Shown: in pieces, positions 50,661 through 59,537 of the stretch
Numbering within the stretch: position 1 is the stretch's first letter
Layout of the letters: each line of letters begins with the position of its first letter
Source: Clostridia bacterium
GTDB taxonomy: Bacteria; Bacillota; Clostridia; Oscillospirales; CAG-272
Reading direction: 5' to 3'
Assembly (NCBI GenBank): GCA_017464805.1
Contig: JAFTYE010000016.1
Span: 180,167 to 244,166, forward strand
DNA: 64,000 bases
Position numbers and translations under genes: made by a program
Notes under the pieces: generated by a model
The model's database searches: none
Seen by the model: only the letters and a program-made list of their open reading frames with translations
Told to the model about the DNA's origin: nothing

Positions 50661-51494
50661 ATGAAAAAGTTTAAGGTTGGTATCCAGCTTTACGGCGTGC
50701 GCGATCAGATGGAAAAGGATATGGCGGCCACACTCAAAGCCGTCAAGGAGATGGGCTATGATTACGTAGAAATGGCCGGTTATTTCGGCAAAAGTGCCGA
50801 AGAGATCCGCTCTTTGCTGGATCAATATGGTCTTACCTGTATTTCCGTTCACCAGACGCTGGACTTTTATGAGTCCAAGGGTCAGGCAGGGGTGGATTTC
50901 GTCAAGACGCTTGGCGTTGAATTTTCCGCCATTCCATGGTACGACAAGGCAAAGTTGCCCGGCTCTCCCGAATGGGAAGAAACCAAGGCTACCTTTATCC
51001 GTTGTGGCCAACTGCTAAAAAAGAACGGCATCGACATGTGCTACCACAACCATGACTTCGAGTTTGAGATGGTGGACGGGAAGTACAAGTACGACATCAT
51101 GATGGACGAGATCTCGCGTGATCTCCTTAAGCCCGAATTCGATACATGCTGGGTACGCTACGCTGGGGAGGATCCCTGCAAGTATTTGCGCGCCTTTGCA
51201 GGAAATGTACGTATCCTGCACCTCAAGGATTTCACCTGCAAGAAGCTCGCGTCTGGTCCCGCTTATGCTCTTATTGATGAGAACGGCAATCCCGTTAAAG
51301 CCACCACCCGCGAGGACAACGGCTTCCTCTTCCGTCCGCTCGGACAGGGTATGCAGGATTTTCCTGCAATCCTTGCTGCCGCCGAGGAGGCAGGTACGGA
51401 ATATATCATTGTCGAGCAGGACCAGACCTATGATGTTCCCAGCCTGGAGGCGGCCAAGATCAGCCGCGAGTATCTGCGCACGCTGGGACAGTAA
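50661..51494 (+). CDS. xylose-isomerase-like TIM-barrel protein (sugar phosphate isomerase/epimerase family)
   Basis: Typical pattern FKVGIQLYGVRD...GYDYVEMAG...YHNHDFEF...HLKD...VEQD. Confidence 0.82.
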   Translation: MKKFKVGIQLYGVRDQMEKDMAATLKAVKEMGYDYVEMAGYFGKSAEEIRSLLDQYGLTCISVHQTLDFYESKGQAGVDFVKTLGVEFSAIPWYDKAKLPGSPEWEETKATFIRCGQLLKKNGIDMCYHNHDFEFEMVDGKYKYDIMMDEISRDLLKPEFDTCWVRYAGEDPCKYLRAFAGNVRILHLKDFTCKKLASGPAYALIDENGNPVKATTREDNGFLFRPLGQGMQDFPAILAAAEEAGTEYIIVEQDQTYDVPSLEAAKISREYLRTLGQ

Positions 51495-51505
51495 CGTCAT
51501 CCGAG

Positions 51506-51536
51506 AATCCCCCTGAAAAACAGGGGGATTTTTTTA
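51506..51536 (+). terminator. Rho-independent terminator
   Basis: AATCCCCCTG-AAAAA-CAGGGGGATT followed by TTTTT. Confidence 0.85.
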
Positions 51537-51553
51537 AAAAAAGGACTTTTATG

Positions 51554-51582
51554 TTGACAATTCTTTCAAAATGTGGTAGTCT
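51554..51582 (+). promoter_or_regulatory. sigma-A promoter TTGACA-17-TAGTCT for the GH operon
   Basis: -35 at 51554-51559 and -10 at 51577-51582. The palindrome TCTATT-TTC-AATAGA at 51580-51594 overlaps the -10 box and TSS. Confidence 0.5.
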
Positions 51583-51615
51583 ATTTTCAATAGAATATAA
51601 AAGAGGAGTTTTCTT

Positions 51616-53430
51616 ATGGATCCTACGATTCTTATAGCTTTGGAAGAGGAGCTTTCCTGGCATCTGCCAAGCTCCGTAACTCTGAAACAGGGCGGAGAAG
51701 GAATCGCCATTTCCTGCGATGGGAGCTCTGCCACTCTGGCTTATAAAACCAATGCCGATCTGGCACGTGGTCTTGTCCTGCTCAAGCAGTTCGGCACAGA
51801 ACACGCCTATACACATGAGGAGAAGTGCTCCTTTGAAACGCTGGGCCTGATGCTGGACTGTTCCCGCAATGCGGTGATGACAGTAGAAAGCGTCAAGCGT
51901 CTTCTACGCTTGCTCGCACTTATGGGCTACAACATGCTACAGCTGTACACCGAGGATACCTACGAGGTGGATGGGGAGCCCTACTTTGGCTATCTTCGCG
52001 GCAGATACTCCAAGGAGGAGATGAAGGAGCTGGACGCCTATGCCAAGGAGCTTGGTATCGAGATGATTCCATGTATCCAGGTGCTGGCACATCTCAATGC
52101 CATCTTCAAATGGCAACATTACAGCGCGAAGTACAAGGATTGCGGCGACATTCTGCTTTGCGGCGATGAGAAGGTTTATACGCTGATCGAGCGGATGTTC
52201 GCCACCTTGGCCGAATGTTATACCTCTCGGCGCATTCACATCGGCATGGATGAGGCACACATGGTAGGCCTCGGTAAGTACCTGGATCGTAACGGCTACC
52301 GGGATCGCTTCGATATCCTGGCGGAGCATTTGAAGCGTGTGTGCGAGATAGCAGAGAAGTACGGCTTCCGTCCTATGATGTGGAGTGATATGTTCTTCCG
52401 TCTGGCGGCAAACGGTAAATATTATCTGGATGGAGAAAAATGCGAGGTTCCTGAACGCGTATTTCAAAATCTGCCCGAAGACATCTCCCTGGTTTACTGG
52501 GATTATTATCATACCGACCGCAAATCCTATGATGAAATGGTTGTTGCCCACAAAAAATTCAACCGCGAGATATGGTTTGCGGGAGGAGCTTGGAAATGGG
52601 TTGGCTTCACGCCGGACAACGAGTATTCATTGCGTGCAACAGCGGCGGCCACACTCGCCTGTGCCAAGAACGGCGTCAAGCATCTGTTCACCACCGCGTG
52701 GGGGGACGAGGGGGCAGAATGCTCTCCGTTCGCCGTTCTGCCAACCCTGGCATATACGGCATCCCTTGCGTACGGTAACCGCCGCATGGCGGAAACGAAA
52801 CGCTTCTTCCGCTCCTTGACCGGAATACGCTTTGACGATTTTATGGCAATCGATAGTCTGAACAAGCTCTATCCTGCGAACTGCACCGCCATGGCAAAAT
52901 TCCTGACCTACAATGATCCGCTCGTCGGTATGCGCGATAAAACGGTAGAACAACATCCCGAGATCGTCGAAAAGGCAGCGGCGTGTCTGTCTACCTTCTC
53001 TCGTCTCTCCAAGAATAAGCAGTACGGATACCTCTTTCGCACGCAAAAGCAGCTTGCACATTTTTTGTCCTTGAAGGCCGATTTTGGCGTTCGCCTGCGC
53101 CGTGCGTATCAGTCGAATGATAGGGAAACACTTGTCAGCCTTTGCGAGGAATGTAAGCGTATTTCTACAGCACTGGAAAAATTTTATGATGCATTCCGCG
53201 CACAGTGGATGCAGGAAAACAAGCCATTCGGATTTGACATTCAGGATCTTCGACTGGGCGGTCTTTTGCAAAGAATGAAGGTCTGCCGCAATTTAATATC
53301 CGAATATCTTGATGGAAAGCGAGAGGATATTGAAGAGCTTGAGATCGAGCTGTTACCCGATCAACTTTGGGCGGCCCACAATTGGGCCACTGTCGTCTCC
53401 GCGAATGTCCTCTATCATTTTGGTTTTTAA
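51616..53430 (+). CDS. GH20 beta-N-acetylhexosaminidase (cytoplasmic)
   Basis: LGLMLDCSRN and the catalytic pair in IHIGMDEA. No signal peptide. Confidence 0.85.
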   Translation: MDPTILIALEEELSWHLPSSVTLKQGGEGIAISCDGSSATLAYKTNADLARGLVLLKQFGTEHAYTHEEKCSFETLGLMLDCSRNAVMTVESVKRLLRLLALMGYNMLQLYTEDTYEVDGEPYFGYLRGRYSKEEMKELDAYAKELGIEMIPCIQVLAHLNAIFKWQHYSAKYKDCGDILLCGDEKVYTLIERMFATLAECYTSRRIHIGMDEAHMVGLGKYLDRNGYRDRFDILAEHLKRVCEIAEKYGFRPMMWSDMFFRLAANGKYYLDGEKCEVPERVFQNLPEDISLVYWDYYHTDRKSYDEMVVAHKKFNREIWFAGGAWKWVGFTPDNEYSLRATAAATLACAKNGVKHLFTTAWGDEGAECSPFAVLPTLAYTASLAYGNRRMAETKRFFRSLTGIRFDDFMAIDSLNKLYPANCTAMAKFLTYNDPLVGMRDKTVEQHPEIVEKAAACLSTFSRLSKNKQYGYLFRTQKQLAHFLSLKADFGVRLRRAYQSNDRETLVSLCEECKRISTALEKFYDAFRAQWMQENKPFGFDIQDLRLGGLLQRMKVCRNLISEYLDGKREDIEELEIELLPDQLWAAHNWATVVSANVLYHFGF

Positions 53431-53448
53431 TAAAGGAGAGTGTGTATT

Positions 53449-56400
53449 ATGTCCAATTATTCCTGTGACGGCTTTACTTATGACAAGGTGAAGAAGATTA
53501 CGGACATCCTAAATGAGAACAGAGTGCTTCATCACGCGCCCGTCAATCAGGTCCTTTACTATCCGTGTGATTACAAGGTGGGCAACAATATGCCCGATCT
53601 TTCTCTCTTCGCTCCCTACAATATAGACGGAAAATGGGGAAGGAAGCAGGATGACCACGCTTGGTTCTACATTCACGTCTCACGTCCTGCAGAAATGATG
53701 GGTGAGATCCTGTATCTTTCCGTTTCCACCGATAAAAGTGGTTGGGATGCCGATAACCCCCAGTTCATCGGCTATGTCAACGGCAAAATGCAACAGGGCC
53801 TTGACCTCAACCATACGGATATTCTGCTCGGAAAGGAGGAGGAATACGATGTATATCTCTATGCCTACACCGGACCGAAGCTCTCGCGCGTGGAGTTGCG
53901 TGTATCCCTGTTCACGAAAAATGATGCGGTTGAGAAGCTGTACTACGATCTGCTCGTGCCGCGTCAAGTTCTGGATTTTCTGGACGTGCATTCCTATGAA
54001 TACGCGACCATTTTATCTTATCTCGACAAGGCGGTCGATCATTTGAACCTGTTGAAAATTCCGTCTGCCGAGTTTTATCAGTCGGTTTCGGAAGCGGAAG
54101 CCTATATACAACGTGAGTTTTATGAAAAATATTGCCATGAGCAGGATGCCACGACCATCTGCATCGGTCACACGCATATCGACTGTGCATGGCTTTGGAC
54201 CTTACAGCAGACGCGCGAAAAGGTGCAGCGTTCCTTCTCGACCGTTATTGAGCTGATGAAGCGTTATCCCGAATACAAATTCATGTCCTCCCAAGCACTG
54301 TTGTATAAGGATGCGAAGGAGGAGGCCCCCGAGCTGTATGAAGAGATTAAGAAAATGGTCGCCGCAGGCAGATGGGAGGTTGAAGGTGCGATGTGGGTCG
54401 AGGCAGACTGTAACCTCTCCAGCGGGGAAAGCCTTGTCCGCCAGGTCATGTACGGCAAACGTTTCTTCCGCGATGAGTTCGGCGTGAATAGTCATATCTT
54501 GTGGTTGCCGGACGTTTTCGGGTATTCTGCTGCCTTGCCGCAGATTCTGCGAAAGAGCGACGTGGATTGGTTCGTGACCTCCAAGATTAGTTGGAACGAA
54601 ACCAACATGATGCCCTGCGATACCTTCTCCTGGAAGGGAATTGACGGCACCGAGATCAACTCCTTCTTCCTGACGCCGCAAAATCGGCACCGTTATGCCG
54701 CCCCTTCTATCCGCACCACTTACGTAGGAGATACAAATGCCCCGATGATCGCAGGTACTTATAATCGCTACCAGCAAAAAGATTTGAGCAATGAAGCAAT
54801 TTTGACCTATGGCTACGGCGATGGCGGCGGCGGACCGACCGCCGAGCACATCGAGCTGATGCGCCGCACCGCCTATGGCATTCCCGGTTGCCCCAATGCC
54901 AAGAGCGAATTTGCAAGTGATGCCCTTGCACGCCTTGCACGTAAGATCAATGGCAATCCCAAGCTGCCGAAGTGGCAGGGAGAGCTTTACCTTGAGCTTC
55001 ATCGCGGCACCCTAACCGGTATTGCCAAGAACAAACGCAACAATCGCAAAAGCGAGCAGCTTTATCAAACGACCGAATGGCTTACCTCGATGGCAAACGT
55101 GCTGGCAAACAGACCTTTCCCGAAGGCGAAGCTACATGAAGGCTGGGAAATGATTCTGACCAACCAATTCCACGACATCATACCCGGCTCTTCGATCTTT
55201 GAGGTGTACGAGGATTGTGACCGCGACTATGCCAAAATTCGTTCCCTCGCTGAAAGCGAGATGAATGAGTCAATTGCTGTTTTGCTTGGAAAAATCAAGG
55301 CAGATGGCAAACATGTCGTGTTCAATCCCCACTCCTTTACAAACTCCGGTGTAGTCAAAGCGGACGGCAGATCCTACTATGTTCCGAGTATTCCTGCAAA
55401 AGGATATGCCGTGGTCGATCTCGAGAATCAAGAAAGCTCTGTGAAAATCTGCGGCAGATCGGTAGATACGCCGTTCTATGCCATGGAATTTGATGAAAAC
55501 TACAACATCACCCGCCTGTATGATAAGAAAAATGATCGCGAGGTGCTGAAAAAAGATCATCTCGGCAATCGGCTACGTATCTATCAGGATAATCCGTATA
55601 ATTGGGATGGATGGGAAATGTCCGAGTACCACAAGGACAAGGTCTATTTCATAGACACCGTTTCTTCCGTTGAAACGATAGACGAAGGCGCACGCACGGG
55701 TATCCGTCTGACCAGGCCGCATATGGCAAGTGAGATTGTGCAGACGATCTGGCTCTACAACGACTTGCCGCGCATTGACTTTGAGACGCACGTGGATTGG
55801 CACGAGCAGCATCAATTGCTGAAGGTAGCGTTCCCGGTGGATGTCAATACTGACCATGCCACCTACGAGATCCAATTCGGTACGGTTGAGCGTCCCACAC
55901 ATAAAAATACCTCTTGGGACGCCATGAAATTTGAGGTTTGCGGCCATAAGTATGCGGATCTTTCGGATAACGGTTATGGTGTCAGTCTTCTTAATGATTG
56001 CAAATACGGCCACGATATTCACGATGGTCTAATGCAGCTGACCTTAATCAAATGTGCCACCTATCCGAATCCCTATGCAGATCAAGGCAAGCATGAGTTT
56101 ACCTATTCCCTTTATCCGCATGCCGGTAATCTCTGTATGGCCGATACCGTTCGCTTGGCATACGATCTGAATATGCCCATGATGGTCTGCGAAGGAAAAG
56201 ACGGAGATGGCACTCTGCCGCAAAATTACTCCATGATTTCTTGTAATTCCGATAATGTCATTGTGGAAACGATCAAAGAGAGTGAGGACGGAAACGATCT
56301 CATTGTCCGTATGTATGAGACCAAAAACATGCGTACCAAGGTCAAGTTGATTTTGGGCTTCGATGCCAAGTCGGTCGATCTTTGTAACCTCATGGAGGTG

Positions 56401-56487
56401 AAGCAGGGGACTCTTTCTCTCGACGGCCACGATCTGACCTTGACCGTCAACCCCTTTGAGATCGTAACGCTTCGCATCAAAAAATAA
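53449..56487 (+). CDS. GH38 alpha-mannosidase (cytoplasmic)
   Basis: GHTHIDCAWLW metal/nucleophile region. About 1000 aa. AAGGAGA SD precedes the ATG at 53449. Confidence 0.9.
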   Translation: MSNYSCDGFTYDKVKKITDILNENRVLHHAPVNQVLYYPCDYKVGNNMPDLSLFAPYNIDGKWGRKQDDHAWFYIHVSRPAEMMGEILYLSVSTDKSGWDADNPQFIGYVNGKMQQGLDLNHTDILLGKEEEYDVYLYAYTGPKLSRVELRVSLFTKNDAVEKLYYDLLVPRQVLDFLDVHSYEYATILSYLDKAVDHLNLLKIPSAEFYQSVSEAEAYIQREFYEKYCHEQDATTICIGHTHIDCAWLWTLQQTREKVQRSFSTVIELMKRYPEYKFMSSQALLYKDAKEEAPELYEEIKKMVAAGRWEVEGAMWVEADCNLSSGESLVRQVMYGKRFFRDEFGVNSHILWLPDVFGYSAALPQILRKSDVDWFVTSKISWNETNMMPCDTFSWKGIDGTEINSFFLTPQNRHRYAAPSIRTTYVGDTNAPMIAGTYNRYQQKDLSNEAILTYGYGDGGGGPTAEHIELMRRTAYGIPGCPNAKSEFASDALARLARKINGNPKLPKWQGELYLELHRGTLTGIAKNKRNNRKSEQLYQTTEWLTSMANVLANRPFPKAKLHEGWEMILTNQFHDIIPGSSIFEVYEDCDRDYAKIRSLAESEMNESIAVLLGKIKADGKHVVFNPHSFTNSGVVKADGRSYYVPSIPAKGYAVVDLENQESSVKICGRSVDTPFYAMEFDENYNITRLYDKKNDREVLKKDHLGNRLRIYQDNPYNWDGWEMSEYHKDKVYFIDTVSSVETIDEGARTGIRLTRPHMASEIVQTIWLYNDLPRIDFETHVDWHEQHQLLKVAFPVDVNTDHATYEIQFGTVERPTHKNTSWDAMKFEVCGHKYADLSDNGYGVSLLNDCKYGHDIHDGLMQLTLIKCATYPNPYADQGKHEFTYSLYPHAGNLCMADTVRLAYDLNMPMMVCEGKDGDGTLPQNYSMISCNSDNVIVETIKESEDGNDLIVRMYETKNMRTKVKLILGFDAKSVDLCNLMEVKQGTLSLDGHDLTLTVNPFEIVTLRIKK

Positions 56488-56502
56488 AAGGAGCTATCCT
56501 TT

Positions 56503-58743
56503 ATGGAACGAAAGCTTTGGTACCGTCGTCCTGCTGCCGCGTGGGAGGAAGCCCTCCCGCTCGGCAACGGTCGGCTTGGTATGATGGTGTTTGGCGGCGT
56601 GGAAACCGAACGCATTCAACTGACCGAGGAAACCATGTGGTCGGGCTGGCCGCATGATAATGATAATCCGGCATGCCGCGAGCATCTTGAAGAGATGCGT
56701 CGTCTTCTGTTTGCAGGCAAACTCACGGAAGCGGAGGCACTGTGTAAGAAGTACCTTGTATGCAAAGAGGGAAGTGGTGAACGCTATATAGGCCCATTCG
56801 GCTCTTTTGAACCTGCGGGAGATTTGTTCATTCAGATGGTGGGTGTTCCCATCACGGATAGCCGCGAATACCGGCGGGAGCTCGACCTCTTTGACGGTGT
56901 GGCGACCGTTTCCTTTGGTACTACTGTTCGCCGATCCTTTGTGTCGCAACGATATAATGTCACCGTGACCGAGATCGTCGGACGGGAAAGGATGCGACTA
57001 AAGCTCCGTTTTGAGCCGAATGTTGCTACTTCTTCATATGAAAAAGATGGTAATATTGTTGCTTGCGGGTGCTTTCAGGGGGTGGGGGCATCCTCCTTCT
57101 GTACGATCGTTTCCTGTGTGACCGATGGCGGAGAGATTCGCGTATTCCGCGATTCTGAAAGCGATGGGGTTTTCCTGGAAAATACCAAGCGTGTTGTCAT
57201 TTATACCACCACTGCCACTTCCTATGACACCGAAAATAATCCCGAAACGGTTTGCCGAGAACGCATCAACCACGCCAAAGAGGTTGACTTTGAACGAATC
57301 TATGCAGACCATCTTGCCACACACCGCGAGCAGATGGGGCGCGCTACCCTTTCTCTTGCGGGGGAAGATCTCTCCCACATGACAACTGACGAGCGGCTTG
57401 AAGCTATCTGTCGCGGGGAACAGGATACGACCTTCTCGGAGCTTTATTTCACATACGGAAAGTATCTTCTGATCGCTTCGTCCACGGATAGCCGTTTGCC
57501 GTCCAATTTGCAGGGAATTTGGGTCAAGGATAAAATGCCGCCATGGGCAGCCGATTTCCATATCAACATCAACCTGCAAATGATGTACTGGCACGCAGAA
57601 GTCCTCGGACTTTCCGAGCAGCTCACCCCCTTTTTCCGCTTTATCGAGGATCTTGCCAAGGCGGGAGAAAAGACTGCTGCTGTACAGTATGGTTGTCGTG
57701 GCTGGGTGGCTCACACCTTGGCCAATCCGTGGGGTTTTACCGCTCCCGGGAAGGATCCCTCATGGGGTGCTTTTTCCACGGCAGGCGCATGGTGTTGTCG
57801 CCAAATCTGGGAACGATATCTCTTTGCGGAAGACATAGAGATTTTGCAGCGGTATTATCCTGTCATTCGCGGATCTGCCTTGTTTTTTCTAGACTTTCTG
57901 GTGGAAGATCCTCAAACAAGATGCCTCGTTACCGCTCCGAGCAATTCGCCCGAAAATCATTATCTTGACCCAAAGACCGGGGAAGTTCATTCCATGTGTG
58001 CCGGTCCCACGATGGACAACTGCATAGTCCGAGAGATCCTTTGTATTGCCGCAAAGACCGCGAAGATCCTTGGTGTGGACGAGGCTTTGCGAAACGAATG
58101 GGAACAGACTATCGCCAAAGTGCCTGAAATTCGAATAGGTAAATTAGGGCAGATCATGGAATGGGCAGAGGATTACGAGGAGATTGAGCCGGGCCATCGG
58201 CACATCTCTCATCTCTATGGCCTGTATCCCGGTACGGACATCACACGTGAAAGAACCCCGGCTCTGGTTGATGCCGCGCGCATCACGATTCATCGCCGTC
58301 TTGACAACGGAGGCGGTCAAACGGGGTGGAGTGCCGCTTGGATTGTCTGTTTTTTTGCCCGTTTGTTTGAGGGGGATAAAGCCCTTTCCATGCTGAAGCA
58401 TCTTTACAAAACGGGTACTTACCGAAACCTCTTTGATCATCATCCGACTGTCTTTTTTCAGATCGACGGCAACTTCGGCGCGACAGCGGGCATGGCGGAA
58501 ATGCTTCTACAAAGTCACGAAAATATCATCCGCGTTCTACCGTCTTTGCCGACAGAGTGGAAAGATGGGTCCTTCGCCGGTTTCCGCGCGCGAGGCGGTT
58601 TCCTTTTTGACGCCTCTTGGAGGGACGGCAGGGTCACCTCTCTTACGGTGCATTCGGTTTTGGGACATTCACTTTGTGTTTTTTGCAACGGAAAGACCTA
58701 TCGTATGGAAACGGATGCCGGAAAAACCTATGCAATTCTTTGA
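56503..58743 (+). CDS. GH95 alpha-L-fucosidase (cytoplasmic)
   Basis: N-terminus LWYRRPAAAWEEALPLGNGRLGMMVFGG and downstream NLQGIW...NINLQMMYW are typical of GH95. Confidence 0.88.
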   Translation: MERKLWYRRPAAAWEEALPLGNGRLGMMVFGGVETERIQLTEETMWSGWPHDNDNPACREHLEEMRRLLFAGKLTEAEALCKKYLVCKEGSGERYIGPFGSFEPAGDLFIQMVGVPITDSREYRRELDLFDGVATVSFGTTVRRSFVSQRYNVTVTEIVGRERMRLKLRFEPNVATSSYEKDGNIVACGCFQGVGASSFCTIVSCVTDGGEIRVFRDSESDGVFLENTKRVVIYTTTATSYDTENNPETVCRERINHAKEVDFERIYADHLATHREQMGRATLSLAGEDLSHMTTDERLEAICRGEQDTTFSELYFTYGKYLLIASSTDSRLPSNLQGIWVKDKMPPWAADFHININLQMMYWHAEVLGLSEQLTPFFRFIEDLAKAGEKTAAVQYGCRGWVAHTLANPWGFTAPGKDPSWGAFSTAGAWCCRQIWERYLFAEDIEILQRYYPVIRGSALFFLDFLVEDPQTRCLVTAPSNSPENHYLDPKTGEVHSMCAGPTMDNCIVREILCIAAKTAKILGVDEALRNEWEQTIAKVPEIRIGKLGQIMEWAEDYEEIEPGHRHISHLYGLYPGTDITRERTPALVDAARITIHRRLDNGGGQTGWSAAWIVCFFARLFEGDKALSMLKHLYKTGTYRNLFDHHPTVFFQIDGNFGATAGMAEMLLQSHENIIRVLPSLPTEWKDGSFAGFRARGGFLFDASWRDGRVTSLTVHSVLGHSLCVFCNGKTYRMETDAGKTYAIL

Positions 58744-58746
58744 TCA

Positions 58747-58776
58747 AAAACCGCCTGTCATCAGGCGGTTTTTTCT
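58747..58776 (+). terminator. Rho-independent terminator
   Basis: CCGCCTG-loop-CAGGCGG followed by TTTTTTCTCTTT. Confidence 0.85.
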
Positions 58777-58798
58777 CTTTGTCGCCAAAATACGGCTC

Positions 58799-58827
58799 TT
58801 GACAAAAATAGGAAGGTGTATTATAAT
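58799..58827 (+). promoter_or_regulatory. perfect consensus sigma-A promoter TTGACA-17-TATAAT
   Basis: -35 at 58799-58804 and -10 at 58822-58827. It lies inside the track's N-terminal extension of coaE. Confidence 0.65.
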
Positions 58828-58860
58828 AAATCAAATAAGTATTTACATGGAGGGACGGTT

Positions 58861-59517
58861 ATGCTTCGTTTGGGTCTGACCGGCGGAAGTGGTAGCGGAA
58901 AAAGCACCGTTGCCCGAATTTTTGCCTCCTGCGGCGCGAAGATCATCGATACCGATGCGGTGTACCACTCCCTAATTTCCGCGCCGTCACCCTGCGTTTT
59001 GGCGCTTAAAGAGGCGTTCGGTGAAGGCATCTTGAACGAAGTTGGAGCCATCGACCGAAAAAAACTGGCCTCCGTCGTTTTTGAAGCTACCGAGGCAGGG
59101 AAGGCGCGCCTGGCCCTGCTGAATGATATTTCCCACCGCTTTGTCCATGAGGAATGTGAGATATTGCTTTCACATTATGAAAAGGACGGTGAGCCTCTAG
59201 TCATTCTGGATGTTCCGCTTTTATTTGAATCCGGATTTGACCGTTTGTGCGACGTGACCGTTGCGGTCCTTGCACCGCAGTCCCTTCGTTTGCAACGGAT
59301 TCTTTCACGTGACGGAATCGACGAGGCGGCAGCCATTCGCCGTCTTGTCGCACAGCCAAGCGATGAATTTTACAAATTGCGCGCCGACCATCTAATCTAT
59401 AACGAAGGCGACCTTCCTGTCTTGCAGGAAAGGACACTCGCCATTTTGCGAAAGATCGGTTTACGCTTTGATCGTATAAAAGATAAAGATAAAGTGAATA
59501 CGTATACTTGGTCGTAA
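58861..59517 (+). CDS. coaE: dephospho-CoA kinase
   Basis: MLRLGLTGGSGSGKST P-loop at the N-terminus. GGAGGGA SD. Confidence 0.92.
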   Translation: MLRLGLTGGSGSGKSTVARIFASCGAKIIDTDAVYHSLISAPSPCVLALKEAFGEGILNEVGAIDRKKLASVVFEATEAGKARLALLNDISHRFVHEECEILLSHYEKDGEPLVILDVPLLFESGFDRLCDVTVAVLAPQSLRLQRILSRDGIDEAAAIRRLVAQPSDEFYKLRADHLIYNEGDLPVLQERTLAILRKIGLRFDRIKDKDKVNTYTWS

Positions 59518-59537
59518 GGCCAATGAAGGAGAAGAAC

